This document shows, in pieces, positions 62,281-64,000 of a DNA stretch of 64,000 bases. Both the position numbers and the translations under genes were made by a program. Position 1 is the first letter of the stretch, and each line of letters opens with the position of its first letter. The notes under the pieces were generated by a model that saw only the letters and a program-made list of their open reading frames with translations, was not told the origin of the DNA and ran no database searches. Source of the stretch: Nitrospirota bacterium (GTDB taxonomy: Bacteria > Nitrospirota > UBA9217); NCBI GenBank assembly GCA_963845065.1, contig CAWJQQ010000006.1, forward strand, positions 64,001 through 128,000, written 5' to 3'.

Positions 62281-62964
62281 TTAGGATGGATTCTGCGGTA
62301 AACCCTTGTCCTTATATCCTCCGCTGCCGATACTGTTGCCGATGGCCTTAATGCCGAGCACTTCCGCGGCTTGGACTCGTCGTTTGGTGAGTAGGAGGTC
62401 CTCCTTGCTCGGCTGGAGGTCTCCGCCCGGTTGAATGATGAAGGTGGCCGTTGCAGCAGATTCTCGGATGGTGGCCTTGAAGGTATCGCGGGGATGCACG
62501 CTGGAGACTGTGAAGCTGCCGATCGGAACGCTTTTTTCTCGAAGGTTCACGTACTTGGTATCATGCAAGGTGCACCGGGAAGTCTTTTTTTTATGGTTCT
62601 TCATTCGCGGCCGACAATATTCGACCATGTCGAGGCTGGAACAGGACGATGCTCCGGCAAGGTTCGATTTCCAGAAGCGCCGTCCCAGTTCGATTGCCGC
62701 TTTAATCTCTATGGCCTGTGCCGGTCCGATCCCCTCGGCGCCACAAATTTCCGCTATGCTCGTCAGTTCGATATAGACGAGGCTTCCGAATCGTTCTAGG
62801 AGATCCACGTTAGTTCTTTTGATATTCCCCTGCCAAATCAGGACGGTGAGGATCCTTGCCTTGGAGAGCATTGACAGCCAAAGTGCAAAGAGTCGCTCCC
62901 GCGGCCATACGCCTTCAGGCCATTCTTTAAAGCTTTTGTTCCAATGAGGGCCATATGGCTCCAT
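62281..62964 (-). pseudogene. radC: Degenerate RadC (JAB/HhH) gene; frame open but catalytic motif lost
   Basis: PRERL, GIGPA..IKAAIELGRR, VHPRD retained; HNHPSG reads IQPGG and LDH reads IGN. Confidence 0.75.
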
Positions 62965-63053
62965 GCTGTCATATCTTGGCACTTGTCTACCTATCTGCGA
63001 AAAAACCGTCCGCAGTGAATAAATTATAGATTGGACTTCATAAGCTGTCAAAC

Positions 63054-63082
63054 AAAAAAGGCGGCTGATCGTTCAGCCGCCC
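63054..63082 (-). terminator. Intrinsic terminator after fprA-rubredoxin
   Basis: GGCGGCTGA/TCAGCCGCC stem followed by TTTTTT on the minus strand. Confidence 0.8.
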
Positions 63083-63106
63083 GTTCCCCGTCTTCTGTCG
63101 TCCTCA

Positions 63107-63238
63107 TCACATTTCGACAAATGCGTCCTTAGGTGCATTGCACACCGGACATGGCCAGTCATCAGGAAGGTCTTCAAATTTTTTTCCCTCTTTCGCTTCG
63201 TCATATACGTACCCGCATACAGTGCATCTCCACATCAT
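63107..63238 (-). CDS. Short rubredoxin (43 aa; below ORF-track cutoff)
   Basis: [52 protein letters not shown]. Confidence 0.93.
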   Translation of the reverse strand: MMWRCTVCGYVYDEAKEGKKFEDLPDDWPCPVCNAPKDAFVEM

Positions 63239-63279
63239 CGCCTCCTCAAGAAAATACCTGCTTCAAGCCGAGGTTTCGT

Positions 63280-64000
63280 CTACGTCCGGCACTCGCCTGA
63301 TAGATCACCGTCAAATTTTTTGTGGTATTCTTTCGTTTTTTCTGCAAACCGCTTGCCGAACTCAAAGCAGTTCTCATCGTCTTCAGCGCTTGGACGGTAA
63401 AGAACCTCGACGCCGGGCGCAACCGTTTCAAGCCCCATTTTTTTAAATGTCTCGTAAGCTTCCTTGACTGCGCCTCCCCCCCACCCGAAGCTGCCGAAGG
63501 CTCCCGCGAGCCGGTTCTTGGGACGAAGACCACGCAAGTGCGTAAGGAACTCGGCAACTGACGGGAACATGATATTATTGAGCGTCGGCGTGCCGATGAG
63601 CATGGCCCGTGACTCCCAGACCCGCTTAATCGCGACGCTCATTGGTGTTGCCCGAAGTTTCAGGACTTCTACATCAACGCACGCGGCTTGAATCCCCTGC
63701 ATGAGCGGTATGGTCATGTGCTCCGTGCTGTGCCACATCGTATCATAGATAATAACAATGCGAAGGTCTGCCTTGTCATTGGCCATGTCGAGATACATCT
63801 GTAGAATCTTACCGGGATTTTTTTTCCAGATGATACCGTGATCAGGGGCAATCATATCGATTTCGAGACCAAGCTTCTTAATTTCCATGATCTTCGCCTT
63901 TACGAGGGATCCGAAGGGCATGAGAATGTTTGCGTAGTAATCACGGACGGCATGTTCAAGGGCTGTTACCGAATATTGGTCGCAGTAGTCGTCATCAAAC
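63280..64000 (-). CDS. fprA: Flavodiiron protein (FprA/A-type flavoprotein), 3' part
   Basis: DYYANILMPF, IAPDHG, YDTMWHSTE, GTPTLNN, AFGSFGWGGGA. Confidence 0.92.
   Translation of the reverse strand, partial: FDDDYCDQYSVTALEHAVRDYYANILMPFGSLVKAKIMEIKKLGLEIDMIAPDHGIIWKKNPGKILQMYLDMANDKADLRIVIIYDTMWHSTEHMTIPLMQGIQAACVDVEVLKLRATPMSVAIKRVWESRAMLIGTPTLNNIMFPSVAEFLTHLRGLRPKNRLAGAFGSFGWGGGAVKEAYETFKKMGLETVAPGVEVLYRPSAEDDENCFEFGKRFAEKTKEYHKKFDGDLSGECRT

Noticed and set aside
1..64000. tRNA, rRNA, SRP RNA or tmRNA genes
   Set aside because: No recognisable signatures were found in intergenic regions by manual inspection.

Overview
Bacterial chromosomal window, probably from an anaerobic Gram-negative organism of Nitrospirota/Desulfobacterota type (inferred from ahbD, Grx-FTR, rubredoxin-FprA and a short S1 paralogue). 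It has a housekeeping backbone: purH, S1-like, rimO, ffh-rpsP-rimM-trmD-rplS-rnhB, dusB, uup, arfB, rsmE, greB, sppA, ahbD, nagA, pfk, fprA. Mobile DNA: an IS1380 with IRs and a 5-bp TSD; three related tnpA-less IS200/IS605 (IS1341-type) tnpB elements, all 3' of TTTAA; a 133-bp non-coding derivative at the same target motif; and a possible orphan IS605/IscB-type end. The most notable accessory locus (54.2-62.3 kb) is a five-gene, ATGA-coupled operon for putative synthase-dependent exopolysaccharide secretion: HEAT protein, GT2, TPR-glycoside hydrolase, Tat CE4 deacetylase and TPR/beta-barrel. The barrel gene carries an apparently identical ~600-bp internal duplication. Also present are a candidate structured 5' leader RNA at ~25.83 kb, a histidine kinase lacking its phospho-His, a His-rich ribbon-helix-helix protein, a 12-repeat NHL protein and about ten eroded gene remnants. 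No rRNA, tRNA or CRISPR array was seen. All calls were made by eye, with no database searches.
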